NCBI GenBank assembly: GCA_965224025.1 | Contig: OZ245033.1 | Span: 2,528,001-2,592,000 of the forward strand | DNA from: Candidatus Multivorans sp. | GTDB lineage: Bacteria; Acidobacteriota; Thermoanaerobaculia; Multivoradales; Multivoraceae | Direction of reading: 5' to 3' | DNA length: 64,000 nt | In this document: positions 9,885-20,275 of the stretch, piece after piece | Layout: each line of letters starts with the position of its first letter | Numbering within the stretch: position 1 is the stretch's first letter | Notes under the pieces: model-generated | Databases searched by the model: none | What the model was told of the DNA's origin: nothing | What the model saw: the letters and a program-made list of their open reading frames with translations, nothing else | Program-made: the position numbers and the translations under genes

Positions 9885-11423
9885 ATGCGAGACAACGTCG
9901 GACTGACACTGACCAAGCGCGCCTCTCTGTCGCCCGACATGGAGGGCTTCATCGACGTGGAGACGGAGCGCCGTTTTACGTTCACGGAGTGGAACCTGCG
10001 CTCGAACCGCACCGCCAACGCGCTGCGGGAACTGGGCGTGGGCAAGGGCGACCGGGTGGCGCTGCTGTTGATGAACAGCGTCGAGTACATGGAGACCTTC
10101 TTCGCGGTCGCCAAGATCGGCGCCGTCTGCGTGCCGCTGAACTGGCGGCTGACGCCTGAGGAGCTCTCGTTCATCATCCGTGACGCCGGCGCCGAGACCC
10201 TGGTCTTCGGCGACGAGTTCCAGGCTCAGGTCCTGGACCTGATCGCGCGCGGCGGCGGCGAGAACGGCACCAGGGTCAACAGGTGGGTCCACGTGGGTCC
10301 GGACGAGCAGCGGCCGGACGGCTGCCTCTCGTACCTGGATGCCACCTCGGCGGCGAGCGACGCCGAGCCCGAGATCGGGGCCCAGGACGACGACCTGCTC
10401 TACATCATGTACACCTCGGGGACGACGGGGCTGCCGAAGGGCGCCGTCCACACCCACGAGTCGGCGCTGTGGGCCGCTCTGACCATCATGGCCAGCGCCG
10501 ACACCCGCTACGGCGACCGCTACCTCGTCTCGTTGCCGCTCTTCCACGTCGGCGCCCTGACCCCGGCCACCGGCAACGTCCACCGCGGCAGCACCAGCAT
10601 CGTGATGCGGGCGTTCGATCCGGTGAAGACCTGGCAGTTGATCGACGAAGAGAACGTCAACGTCATGCTCAAGGTGCCGGCGATGCTCAACTTCATGCTC
10701 CAGGTGTACGACCCCGAGCGCTGCAAGCACGAGCGGCTGCGCTGGTGCATGAGCGGCGCGGCGCCGGTGCCGGTCAACCTGATCGAGGCGTACGAGAAGC
10801 TGGGCATCGAGATCCACCAGGTCTACGGCCTGACCGAGACCTGCGGCCCGGCCTGCCTGATCTCGCCCGAGGATGCGATCCGAAAGGCCGGATCGACGGG
10901 CAAAGCCTTCTTCCATACCTCCGTGCGCGTCGTCGACGGCGACGGCAACGACTGCGGCCCCGGTGAGGCGGGCGAGGTCGTCGTCGCCGGCCGCCACCTG
11001 ATGAAGGAGTACTGGAACCGGCCCGAGGCCACCGCCGAGGCGATCAAGGACGGCTGGCTCTACACCGGCGACGGCGCCGTGATGGACGAAGACGGCTTCG
11101 TCTACATCCAGGACCGGCTGAAGGACATGATCATCTCCGGCGGCGAGAACGTCTATCCCGCCGAGCTCGAAGAGGTCATCGGCCGCCACCCCAAGGTGCT
11201 CGAAGTCGGCGTCATCGGCCGCGAGAGCGAGAAGTGGGGCGAATCCCCGGTCGCCATCGTCGTCCGCTCCGACGAGAGCCTCGAAGGCCAGGAGGTCCTC
11301 GACTTCTGCCAGGACAAGCTGGCCCGCTTCAAGCAGCCGGTGGCCGTCCACTTCATCGACCAGTTGCCGCGGAACCCGTCGGGGAAGATCCTGAAGCGGC
11401 TGTTGAGGGAGCAGTTCAACTAA
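9885..11423 (+). CDS. Long-chain fatty-acid--CoA ligase
   Basis: Motifs YTSGTTGLPKG, YGLTE, GWLYTGD and PSGKILK. Confidence 0.92.
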   Translation: MRDNVGLTLTKRASLSPDMEGFIDVETERRFTFTEWNLRSNRTANALRELGVGKGDRVALLLMNSVEYMETFFAVAKIGAVCVPLNWRLTPEELSFIIRDAGAETLVFGDEFQAQVLDLIARGGGENGTRVNRWVHVGPDEQRPDGCLSYLDATSAASDAEPEIGAQDDDLLYIMYTSGTTGLPKGAVHTHESALWAALTIMASADTRYGDRYLVSLPLFHVGALTPATGNVHRGSTSIVMRAFDPVKTWQLIDEENVNVMLKVPAMLNFMLQVYDPERCKHERLRWCMSGAAPVPVNLIEAYEKLGIEIHQVYGLTETCGPACLISPEDAIRKAGSTGKAFFHTSVRVVDGDGNDCGPGEAGEVVVAGRHLMKEYWNRPEATAEAIKDGWLYTGDGAVMDEDGFVYIQDRLKDMIISGGENVYPAELEEVIGRHPKVLEVGVIGRESEKWGESPVAIVVRSDESLEGQEVLDFCQDKLARFKQPVAVHFIDQLPRNPSGKILKRLLREQFN

Positions 11424-11557
11424 GAGGGTGTCAGGGAGGCGGTACCGGTTGTCTGGGTGCACGCCGACCTTTCGCCCTGCAATCGGCGAGCCCCGCAGCG
11501 GCGTGCGCCAGTGTTGCACAGACGCCGTCTTCAGTAACCGACCCCCAAGCCCCATCC

Positions 11558-11935
11558 ATGCGCTACCGCGAGGAGCTTCCGCGAGGCTGTCCGCCCGATG
11601 ACGCCGAGGAGGTTGGGGAACCTCGCTTGATGTTTCGGCTCGCTCGGACGATCCCGCCGACCGAAGCTGACTTCAGGTCCCAGAGAGCCGAGAAGCCGGA
11701 TCAGGTATTTTCGGGCGTGAGCGAGTGTCAGGCCCGCGGATTGTCGATCCATGGGGATCGTGCCGATTCCGAGCAGGTGCTGAAACTACCGAAGATGAGA
11801 GGACGCCGCGTCTGTAGACTGTCGTTGACGGCCGGAGCGGGTCGCGTTCAGCAGACCGGGATGCGTTCCCACCACGCTTGGTGGCCCTTCGCCGACTACG
11901 ACGTCCTGGCTTGTTGTGACGGTGACGTCCAATGA
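11558..11935 (+). CDS. Small hypothetical protein (CPP...FR...GLS...HxxWW), possible ADP-ribosyltransferase-like fold
   Basis: 125-aa ORF from the ATG at 11558, with its stop overlapping the next start (ATGA). The fold assignment is inference only. Confidence 0.6.
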   Translation: MRYREELPRGCPPDDAEEVGEPRLMFRLARTIPPTEADFRSQRAEKPDQVFSGVSECQARGLSIHGDRADSEQVLKLPKMRGRRVCRLSLTAGAGRVQQTGMRSHHAWWPFADYDVLACCDGDVQ

Positions 11936-13077
11936 GAAGCATCACCCACAAGGCGACCCTGTTCTGGTACGACGGCCCGCAGGTGTTCGAGGCACGCGAT
12001 GCTATCGGCGGCCACTACGTGGGCGTAGCTGTGGAAGAACCGCCCGGCGTGAGCCGCCATCTCGTGGTGGGTGTACCGCCGGCGAGGCTGCGCCGGCTCC
12101 GAGCCGGTGCTCTCGATCTGCGGGCCTGCCTGGTGGAGGCCGGCGCCGAGGAGTGGCATTTGACGCCTGCCGAGGCCGATTTGGCGGAGCCGCTTCCGCT
12201 CGACGTCCAAGCAGGGTCCCTTGAGGAGACGGGCTTGTTGCCGGACGAAGGCTTCTTTCTGCATCCTGATCCTTCGGATGAGTCGATGCTCGTCGAATCT
12301 CGGGCACGCAACAGGCTGGTGATGGAATTGGCGGCTGAGCCCCCGGAAGCTGCCGCGGAACATCGCATTCGACTCGACACCTACCTTGAGATCCTCGGCG
12401 AAGTCCAAACCCTGGTCAGGCACGCCTACAGGTCGGCGTGGCGAGAGTTGTCCAAGGGCTATCGCAGCATGCTGGAGCAGGACACGGGCCCCATGCTGGA
12501 TGTTGTCGTACCAGCTTCTGGCGGCTCGTTTCGGGTGCTTCTCGAAGCCACTCAGACGCCGAATCTGATCGGAGAGAGCGAACTCGTCCGTGCACTCCGA
12601 CGCGTTGATGCGCTGTTCGAGCGGGTGGCAGAACCCGACAGGGCAACTGCTACAGCGCGGGAGCACAGAGGCCATCTCGCGGGCTCTTACCTGAGGCTCC
12701 TGCGCGTTCTGGCAGAGCGAGACACCAGCTTGCGGTACTCGTGGGCGGAGCCATCTGCAGTCGGTGCCTCGCGCCGCTCCGTGACGGCGGCCGAGGCTGA
12801 ACGACTCGTTCAGGTCCTCTCAGGCGTGTCGAACCTGAGCACCGAGTCCGTCACATTGGAAGGTGAGTTCGAGAAGTTCAATCGCGCTTCGGGTCTGTGG
12901 GGTCTGTTCACGGAGCACGGCAAAGTCCAAGGCAAGATCCGTGACGGCGGCCCGAGCCTGGACGGCCTGGAAGTCGGTGGTCGCTACAGGTTTGCTTGCA
13001 TCGAGGAAATAGACCAAGTGGAAGGTACCGGCCGGGAGAGCCGTACGCTGTACTTGACAGGTCACGACCCCGCCTGA
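11932..13077 (+). CDS. Hypothetical protein with a DUF6575-like N-terminus
   Basis: N-terminal LFWYDGPQVF motif; 381 aa; translationally coupled to the upstream small gene. Confidence 0.65.
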   Translation: MRSITHKATLFWYDGPQVFEARDAIGGHYVGVAVEEPPGVSRHLVVGVPPARLRRLRAGALDLRACLVEAGAEEWHLTPAEADLAEPLPLDVQAGSLEETGLLPDEGFFLHPDPSDESMLVESRARNRLVMELAAEPPEAAAEHRIRLDTYLEILGEVQTLVRHAYRSAWRELSKGYRSMLEQDTGPMLDVVVPASGGSFRVLLEATQTPNLIGESELVRALRRVDALFERVAEPDRATATAREHRGHLAGSYLRLLRVLAERDTSLRYSWAEPSAVGASRRSVTAAEAERLVQVLSGVSNLSTESVTLEGEFEKFNRASGLWGLFTEHGKVQGKIRDGGPSLDGLEVGGRYRFACIEEIDQVEGTGRESRTLYLTGHDPA

Positions 13078-13167
13078 ACTTGCCGGTCGGGAGACTGAAC
13101 CGCTGGGCGGCAGTACGGTGTTCCGCTACGGCGGAAGAGCGGCCTTGGGCCCGTAGCCGTTCTGGTT

Positions 13168-14747
13168 TCAGCCGCGGTCCAGCACTTCTCCCAGCGATCG
13201 TGGTTTCGGGCCGCCGAGACCAGCCTCGGTGGGCTCATCCAGCTTCGGCAGGTACTCCGGCGGCCGGAACAGCGGATTGCCCGGCGACCAAAGCTCCACG
13301 CTTTCGGCGTGTTGCTCGTAGTACGCCGGGTTGGTCGTGATCCGAAGTGCTTCGCTCATGCCGGGCGCCAACAGGGTGTACTCGCGGTTGCCGGCGTCCA
13401 GGTAGCTGACGTCGAAGCCCGGCGGCATCAGGTCAGGGCGTCCGAGCACCCGCTCCAGGTCCAGCATGGTCATCGGGGGTTCGGGCCGCGCAGGGAGTTC
13501 CAGTTCTTCATCGAGGACGGCGTCGAGGTCGAATCCGCCGGTTTCGGTTTCGTCGATTCGGCTGCGCATTCGGTCCGCGAGGTTCGATGTGCCTTGGTCG
13601 GCTGTCGCGGTGCCGCGGCCCGCGAGGACTTCTTGGGTGATCGTGCGCGGCAGTTCGGCGAGGATGGGCTGCAGGCGGCCGACGACGGTCTCGAAGAGGT
13701 CGATGCGCTCCTGGAGGGCCCGGTAGACGTCGGCTTCGACGGTGTCCTCGTAGTGCAGGTTGACGATGCGGATCGTGGGGCTCTGCTGGCCCAGGCGGTC
13801 GATGCGGCCGATACGCTGCTCGACCCGCATCGGGTTCCACGGCATGTCATAGTTGACGATGGCGCCGCAGAACTGGAAGTTCAGCCCCTCCGCGGCGGCG
13901 TCGGTGCAGAGCAGGACCTCCGCGTCGCCGGCGCGGAAGCGCCTCTTGACCTCGTCGCGCTTGATAACCCGCCAGCCGCCGTCGGCGGTCGGGGCCTCGC
14001 CGCCGCGGCCCGAGTAGCACATCGGCTTAGGCCCACCGCGGTCGGTGCCGAGCGCCTCGCGTAGGAAGTCCATCGTGTCCGTGTACTGAGTGAAGACCAT
14101 GACCTGCGCGTAGCCGCTGTCGCGCAGGTGGCTCAGTTCCGCCTTCAACGTTGCCAACTTGCTGTCGGGCGGTAAGCGCCGGGTCTGCTCCAGCAGGTTC
14201 TGGATGTCGGCGCCCTCTTCCGCAGCGAGGGCCTGCCGCTCCTTTTCGGCCAACTCGTCGACGTCCCAGTTCTCGCCCCGGAGCTCGTCTTCGAAGGCCT
14301 CCTCGTCCAGGTCGGTCCGGCGTACCGCGCCGGAATCGCCGATCGCGGCCAGTCGGTCCTGGAGCGTGTTCGCGAGCGCCCGGAAGCTGCTGGCCAGCCG
14401 CCGGCGACCATCCAGGCCAACAGTTCGAGCGCCTCGGCCTCGTCGGCGACCGGTTCGAGCGTCATGGCGCCTAGACGCCGGTCGACCATGTTTCGCAGGC
14501 TCTCGCCCCGCTCGATTGCCTCGATCTCGGGTGGATCGAGCGTGCAGCCGACGAGCAGCCTCATGCGTCCGGCGTTGCGAACCAGCCCCTCGATGCCGCG
14601 CGCCGCCAGGGTCAGCGCGCCGGCCTTGAAGTACCCGGTCAGCCGGTCGTAGCGCTCCGCGTCCTCCAAGGCCGGGACGTAGAAGACCCGCACCAGATCC
14701 CCGTCTTCCGGCGTGTACTTGAGGTGCCAGGAATGGTCGCTCAGCAT
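13168..14747 (-). pseudogene. PLD-like/SNF2 helicase of a restriction-like system, internally deleted
   Basis: The N-terminus (FYVPAL...YDRLTGYF...LLAWMVA, 14747 to about 14405) is joined out of frame to the helicase C-terminal half (RRLASSF, VFTQYTDT, TDAAAEGLNFQ, YDMPWNPMRVEQRIGRIDR). The Walker A/DExH half is missing. Confidence 0.85.
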
Positions 14748-14769
14748 CGGTGGAGGCCCGGCTCGGGGA

Positions 14770-17734
14770 TCAGGTCGCCTCGGCCAAGCGCAATGCGAGC
14801 TGTTCCGGCTCGTCGATCCGGTCTGCGAAGGCGAATCGGCGGAGGTTGTAGAGGGCCTCGAAGTCGTTGCTGGACGCGGCAATTTCGCCCTTAAGCGCGA
14901 CGCCGGTGAATGTTGTCGACACCGGGAGAACCTCGAGCACGGCTTCGAACGCGGCCAAGAAGAGCGGATCCTCGTCGACCTGAGCCCGCGCGAGCAGGTC
15001 GCGCGCCTCCTCCAGCGACCGGCTGCGGGCCGTGTGGGCCGCGTGATGGAGAGCGTCGATCATTCCCAGGGCGCCGTCCGCTGGTCCCAGGGCACCGCGC
15101 GCCGCCCCGGCGCTCGCTGTCCCAGAGTTGAACGTTGGCGCTCTTCTTCAGCGCCAGACGGCCGACGATCTCGCGGTCGAGGTCGGCACCCGTGGCGCGA
15201 GCCAGCCTCAACGCCTCGTCGAAGGAGAACACAGGCGCCTTGAAGGCATCCCAGGCCAGGACGAAGAAGGCGGTAGCCGGGTCGAGGTCGACATTGGCCT
15301 TGAGGTGGGTCAGTTGCTCCAACCGCCAGCGCTTCACTTCGCGGCGCGCCACGTCAAGAGCGTCCTCGGGCGTGACGGCATAGGGGTCGGGCTCTTCCAG
15401 CAGGAGCGCTGTCTGATGGCCTCTCCTCTTCGCGCTGGCCGGCAGTTCCCGGGGCGTACCGCGCCGGAGCGGCCAATGGCGGGAGAACTGCTCCAACGCC
15501 GGCCCGAAGCACGCGAGGTACAGGTCCACGCCGCCGATGCCGGCCTCCTGGAAGTCACCGACGCGGGCACGAACCGCTTTGGCGACTTCCGGTTCCACGT
15601 CTTCCCAGTACGTGGTCGAATCCCGGAGTTCGGCCGCGTTGCGGTCGTCGGGCGGGCGGCAGACGAGGAAGATCGTGCTCTTGGCGGCTGCCTTGTCCTT
15701 GATGTGCAGGCTGCCGGCCGCCTCCGTGTTGATCGGCCAGGACGCCGTGATCCGGAAGCCGGCCGTCATCAGGCCCGTGGTCAGTGCATCCCAGGCGCCG
15801 GTGGCCTTGTGGGTGAACATCAGGGTCATGATGCCGTCAGGCTTCAGCACCCGGCGGCATTCCCGGAAGATCGCCGCCATGCGTTCCTGGTAGTCGCGGC
15901 CGGCGAGCGCCCGAGCGCCCTTCTTGCCCTGAAACCGAGCCGGATTGGCGACCGCTTCGTTCTCCTTGTCGGTCAATTGGCGCCGGCAGAGCTCCGGGAA
16001 CACGTGGCCGGCCGTGCGCTTGAGCCAGACGTAGAAGAAGTCGGACAGCTCGGCGTACATCACGTTGTCGTAGTAGGGCGGGTCCATGACGACGTCGTCG
16101 ACGGAGGCGTCGTCGATGTGGTCGAGGCTGTCGCCGGGTTTGCAGGTGATGGTGATTGGCGGCGGGCCGGGCCGGTTGGTGTCGCCGTCGTGTGCGTCGC
16201 GGAGCAGGGGGCCTTCGTTCGGAGTGGCGTTGGGGTTGACCAGGGCGACGAGTTCCTTGACGCACTTCGCGGTCTGTTTGGTCGCCCAGTCGTAGCCGAC
16301 GCCGGCGATCAGCGGCGCCATCTCGGCGTGGGACCAGCAGAACGCGAAGTAATGACGATTGAACGTATTGGCCATGACCTCGCGGGTTGGCATCCACACC
16401 GACATGCGGGAGTTGTAGTTCAACAGCTTGTCCAGCGCCAACGCCAGGTGCCCGTAGGCAGCCTTGCGCACTTCGTCCAGTTCGCCCGCGGACCGATCAG
16501 CTTCTAGCAGCTCCCGGAAGACCTCGACGCTCGTGCCGTGGCAGAGCAGTTGGCGGGGCGAGAACAGGTCGCGCCAGAGCGGCATCCCGTACTGGATCGG
16601 GCGCGTGTCATTGCCGTCTTTCGGGAAGCGCTCGCTCGGCACGATGTCGAACGCCTCCCATTCCGGCATCTTTGCGACGAGGCGTTCGGCAATCTCGGCC
16701 GAGTTGTCGTCCTCGGGCCGCGGTGCCCGATAGCCGCGCAACCACTTCTCCCGGAGCTTCCCGGTCTTCGTCCGCGTTTCGACCCGACGCTTGTAGACCA
16801 CCGTGTAGAGCTGTTCGCCCATCCGGCCGGCCTGCGCCTGCGCCTTGATTTCGTCGCCGTCGATCACTCGGCCTCAGTCGCTGAAGGTGCACGTTCCGTC
16901 GTCGCGCGCGACCGTGCCCGCAGACTGTTCGTCGGCTGACTCCACGATCTCGAACGAGCACACCCGGCCCGCGGTTCCGGGGCCGCCGGCGACTTCGGGC
17001 CGCAGCCGAACGCCGGTTCCGCCGGGCGCGAGCCGCCAGTTCGGCGACAGCGGCACGAGGCCATCGCAGTAGGGGCAAGAGACGGTTCGGGACCAGAGAT
17101 ATGTGAGGTCCACTTGTTCAGGAAGGTCACGCTGTGCGAACAGGTCGGACAACCTCGCTTCGAGTTCCCTTCGCCAACGCCGCGCCAAGCCCTGGAACAA
17201 GATTCCGATGCCTGCGGGCCAGTTCGTCGGCCACTCGACCGTCGCCTTCATGACCAGGGCGGCCACAGGGTTCAGGTCGTTGGCAAGACCCGGAAGGCCG
17301 AGTCGAGCCGTTTCAAACGGGATGCTTCCGCCGCCGGCGGTGGGGTCGAGCACGACCGGACCGTCAGATGTCGCAGAGCGGTACGACTCGAACCACTCGA
17401 CGTCGGCCGGAGCGGGAACGTACTTGAAGGCGCGGTCGTAGCCGTAGGGATCCTTGACACGAATGCCCGTTCTCCGGGCGTTGTCGATCTTCGACCTCGC
17501 CTCGACCGGGTCGCCGTGAATCCCAAGTACATGAAGGAACCGCTCCCGGTCCGCGTCTTCCGGCAGCACTGAAGCGAGGACCGCTGCCCGCGAAGCGACG
17601 AGCGGCCGCCGTGCCCACCACACATGCAGATAGTAGGTAGGGGGTAGCGCGGTCATCGACCTGCGCTCGCGGGCGGACTCCTCGCCCAACTCAGCAATCG
17701 GCAGCCAACGTTCGATCAGGCGCGGGTCGGACAT
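14770..17734 (-). pseudogene. DUF1156-domain adenine DNA methyltransferase, disrupted
   Basis: Motifs LHVWWARRPL, DPTAGGGSIPFE and [21 protein letters not shown]. There is an in-frame TGA at 16874-16876 and a frameshift near 15100. Confidence 0.88.
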
Positions 17735-17773
17735 CGTTCAGACTCACTCCTTGGGAGACGCAGCGAGTATCTT

Positions 17774-18064
17774 CTAGATCAAGGGGCCGAAGTAGCTGCG
17801 GCCCGTTGTGAAGAAGGGCGCCAAGTTGCCTGCTTCGTCTGGACTGAGCCCGGTTCGGAACCATACGTCCAACTCGTGTTCCTCGTCTGCCTGCGCCGAG
17901 AGCTCGACGAGCCCAGACCATTGCCGGCCGCGCGCTTGTTTGAGGCGTTCCGCGTTCAGGTTCGGGATCTCGATGGTGCGGGTCAAATAGGTCGGCTCGA
18001 AGTCCGCCTCCCGGCAAACGACCTCGTCGGGCCGAATGCTCTCGTCCTCGAGACGACTTCTCAT
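17774..18064 (-). CDS. Hypothetical protein
   Basis: 96-aa ORF whose start overlaps the DUF4411 stop, inside the operon. No recognisable motif. Confidence 0.45.
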   Translation of the reverse strand: MRSRLEDESIRPDEVVCREADFEPTYLTRTIEIPNLNAERLKQARGRQWSGLVELSAQADEEHELDVWFRTGLSPDEAGNLAPFFTTGRSYFGPLI

Positions 18065-18555
18065 CGCTGTCGCCAGTCAGTCCGGAAGTCTAGGCGGCGC
18101 AGCAGTTCGTACGTATCAATGCAAGGGACTCCCAGGTCGGCGCAGACATCCGGAATGTGGCGGTTCGCCCGCTGCCTCTTCGGCTTGCTCCGTTCCATGG
18201 TCACGACGGTCACTTGTCCGGGCAGCGCGACTCCGTACGCGACGATGAACGGGTCGGCCTTGAGTTTCTCCAGTTCGTCCTCGGCCAGATCGGTAGCGTA
18301 GCCGACTTCCACGGCGCGGCTCACGGGACCGGCCTCCAACTCCGTTTCTTCCAGAAGAACAGGCTTGTGCTCCTTGACCCACTTGACGAGCTGGCCCTTG
18401 CCATCCTTGACCTCCTCGAACGCCTCAACTGGCACCTTGAGAAGACCCTACGCGGCCAGATGGAGCAGCCACTCCCAGAACTCGGGTACACGGTCGATTG
18501 GGTAGTAGTCGCGGTCCGCGTCGATCAGGACGTTCGAGTCCAGGAGATAGCGCAA
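18061..18555 (-). pseudogene. DUF4411-family PIN-like protein with a premature stop
   Basis: Reads MRYLLDSNVLIDA..YYPIDRVPEFWEWL...ADPFIVAY...VVTME...IPDVC, with an in-frame TAG at 18448-18450. Confidence 0.8.
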
Positions 18556-18570
18556 GTGCAGGCGCCCGGG

Positions 18571-19740
18571 TTAGCCGCTGAGCATCTCGCCCACTTGGGT
18601 GGGCTTCACGCCTAGGACCAGGGCGGCACGGGTTGTCGGCAGGTCGCCGGCGAAATGCGCGTTTCTTACAGCGTCCACCAGGGCCCTGCCGGCGCGATGG
18701 CGCCGTACCGTGTAGAAGTTGGGGCCACCGTCGATGGCTCGGACCGCTTCTCTTCGTTCCTCTCTCCGGCCGAGCCATTGGGTACGGAAGGCGGAGATCA
18801 GCCCCCTGTACTCTTGCGGCTCGATCTGATTCGATCGAAACAGGCGGTATGCCACCAGGGCGCGGCTCACGTTGTGGGCCCTGGCCGTTGTGCCAATAGC
18901 GCTTGCAAACTCTTCGCGTTCGAGACGACTCAGTTCCAGCGCCGTCAGGGCCTTCTCGGGAAGCAGGTGCGTGCTGGCAACGTCGTTGCAGAACTGCTCC
19001 ACGCGATTGCCGGCTCTGGTGCCGCTGATCCCGGTGTGGCCCAGGAACACGTGCACAAGCTCATGCACCAGCGTGAACGACCACGCCGCTCGGGCGTCGT
19101 TGTCATTGATCACTATGAATGGGGCGAGTCGATCGGCCAAGGCAAAGCCGCGGAACGTCTCCGTGTCGATGGCTGTCTGGTAGCTGCCCAGGTCGCCCTT
19201 CAGCAGGACGAACACGCCCGCTTCGTGGACTGACTCCCGCAGCCTCTCGAAGGCCTGAGTCGGGTTGGCGGCTTGCCTCGCGTGAGAGGGGCCGAGGACC
19301 TGGCGTGCGAGTTCAAGCGCGGCAGAGCGCCCATCGTTCAGTGTCAGGGAGCCAACGAAGGGAACTTCGGGAGCCTCTTCTTCGACCAGGATGTCGCGCA
19401 GAATGCTCTGGCGCGCCAGGACCTGACGAACAAGAACCTGAACCCTGGCGTCGTCGCTCGGAGCCCGGACGCCTGAAAGACTGCGAAAGTCCGTTCCGCG
19501 GTCGCCTCGTTTCGGTGGCTTCGAGAGATAGAAAGCGACCAACGGACGCCGATACTGCCTTGCCATTCGGACCAGCATTGGTCGGGTAGGTTCCCGAGCG
19601 CCGGATTCGAGTTCCTGCAGACGTTCGACCGGCGTCTTGCCGTAGGCGGCATTGAGCGAGAGCTTGGCGACGGCCTCTTCCATCGACAGGCCGGCACTGT
19701 CGCGCGCCCAGGAGAGGATGTCAGGGTTTACAGCAGGCAT
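18571..19740 (-). CDS. XRE-HTH plus ImmA/IrrE metallopeptidase protein
   Basis: HTH start VNPDILSWARDSAGLS, a DFR linker and the HExxH motif FTLVHELVH. Classic partner of DUF4411. Confidence 0.9.
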   Translation of the reverse strand: MPAVNPDILSWARDSAGLSMEEAVAKLSLNAAYGKTPVERLQELESGAREPTRPMLVRMARQYRRPLVAFYLSKPPKRGDRGTDFRSLSGVRAPSDDARVQVLVRQVLARQSILRDILVEEEAPEVPFVGSLTLNDGRSAALELARQVLGPSHARQAANPTQAFERLRESVHEAGVFVLLKGDLGSYQTAIDTETFRGFALADRLAPFIVINDNDARAAWSFTLVHELVHVFLGHTGISGTRAGNRVEQFCNDVASTHLLPEKALTALELSRLEREEFASAIGTTARAHNVSRALVAYRLFRSNQIEPQEYRGLISAFRTQWLGRREERREAVRAIDGGPNFYTVRRHRAGRALVDAVRNAHFAGDLPTTRAALVLGVKPTQVGEMLSG

Positions 19741-19783
19741 GGTTGGCTTAGACCTAACGAGAACGTTGCCCCGGGCGTAGCAC

Positions 19784-20275
19784 TCACCGCCCCGGCTCCG
19801 TCAACAACAACCGCAACGCCGCCAGCACCCGTCTCGGCCTCTGCCGGTGCATCGCCATGCCGAGCCAGTAGGCCGCCTCCTCGCGGTCCATTCGTTCGAT
19901 GCCTTCGGCTACGGCGCGCATCCGGTCCCGGCTCCGCATCGGGGCCAACGTGCGAAACAGGAGGCCGAGATGGAGCGCCAGATCCTCGGTCAAAGCGAGG
20001 CCGTGCTTTACGTCCCTGGCGGGGCGAGTGAGTTTCACGCCTGCTTTGGCGAGACGTTTCAGCACGCGGTGCTCGACGAGTTCGAGGTTGCGGCCCCTGA
20101 GGCCGGCGACGCGGGCAGGCGCCGTGATCTGGGGCGACGCCGCCGCGGGCAGTTGCCAGATCTCGTAGTTCGCCATGGCCGAGCCGAGCGGACGGATTCG
20201 CAATTCGTAGCGGAGTGCCGCGCGGGCCGTGTCGATGTGCCTGAGCTTCGCGGTGCGTTGCGGGTGCGGCGTCAT
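19784..20275 (-). CDS. Small conserved accessory protein of DUF499 systems (in the position of DUF3780)
   Basis: Motif EEAAYWLGMAMHRQRPRRVLAALRLLL. Its start overlaps the DUF499 stop. Confidence 0.7.
   Translation of the reverse strand: MTPHPQRTAKLRHIDTARAALRYELRIRPLGSAMANYEIWQLPAAASPQITAPARVAGLRGRNLELVEHRVLKRLAKAGVKLTRPARDVKHGLALTEDLALHLGLLFRTLAPMRSRDRMRAVAEGIERMDREEAAYWLGMAMHRQRPRRVLAALRLLLTEPGR

Noticed and set aside
16874-16876. In-frame TGA at a probable Cys position of the DUF1156 methylase (selenocysteine or stop-codon reassignment?)
   Set aside because: No convincing SECIS hairpin follows, TGA terminates many intact genes in this window, and the same gene has a separate frameshift. 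A TGC>TGA mutation is simpler.
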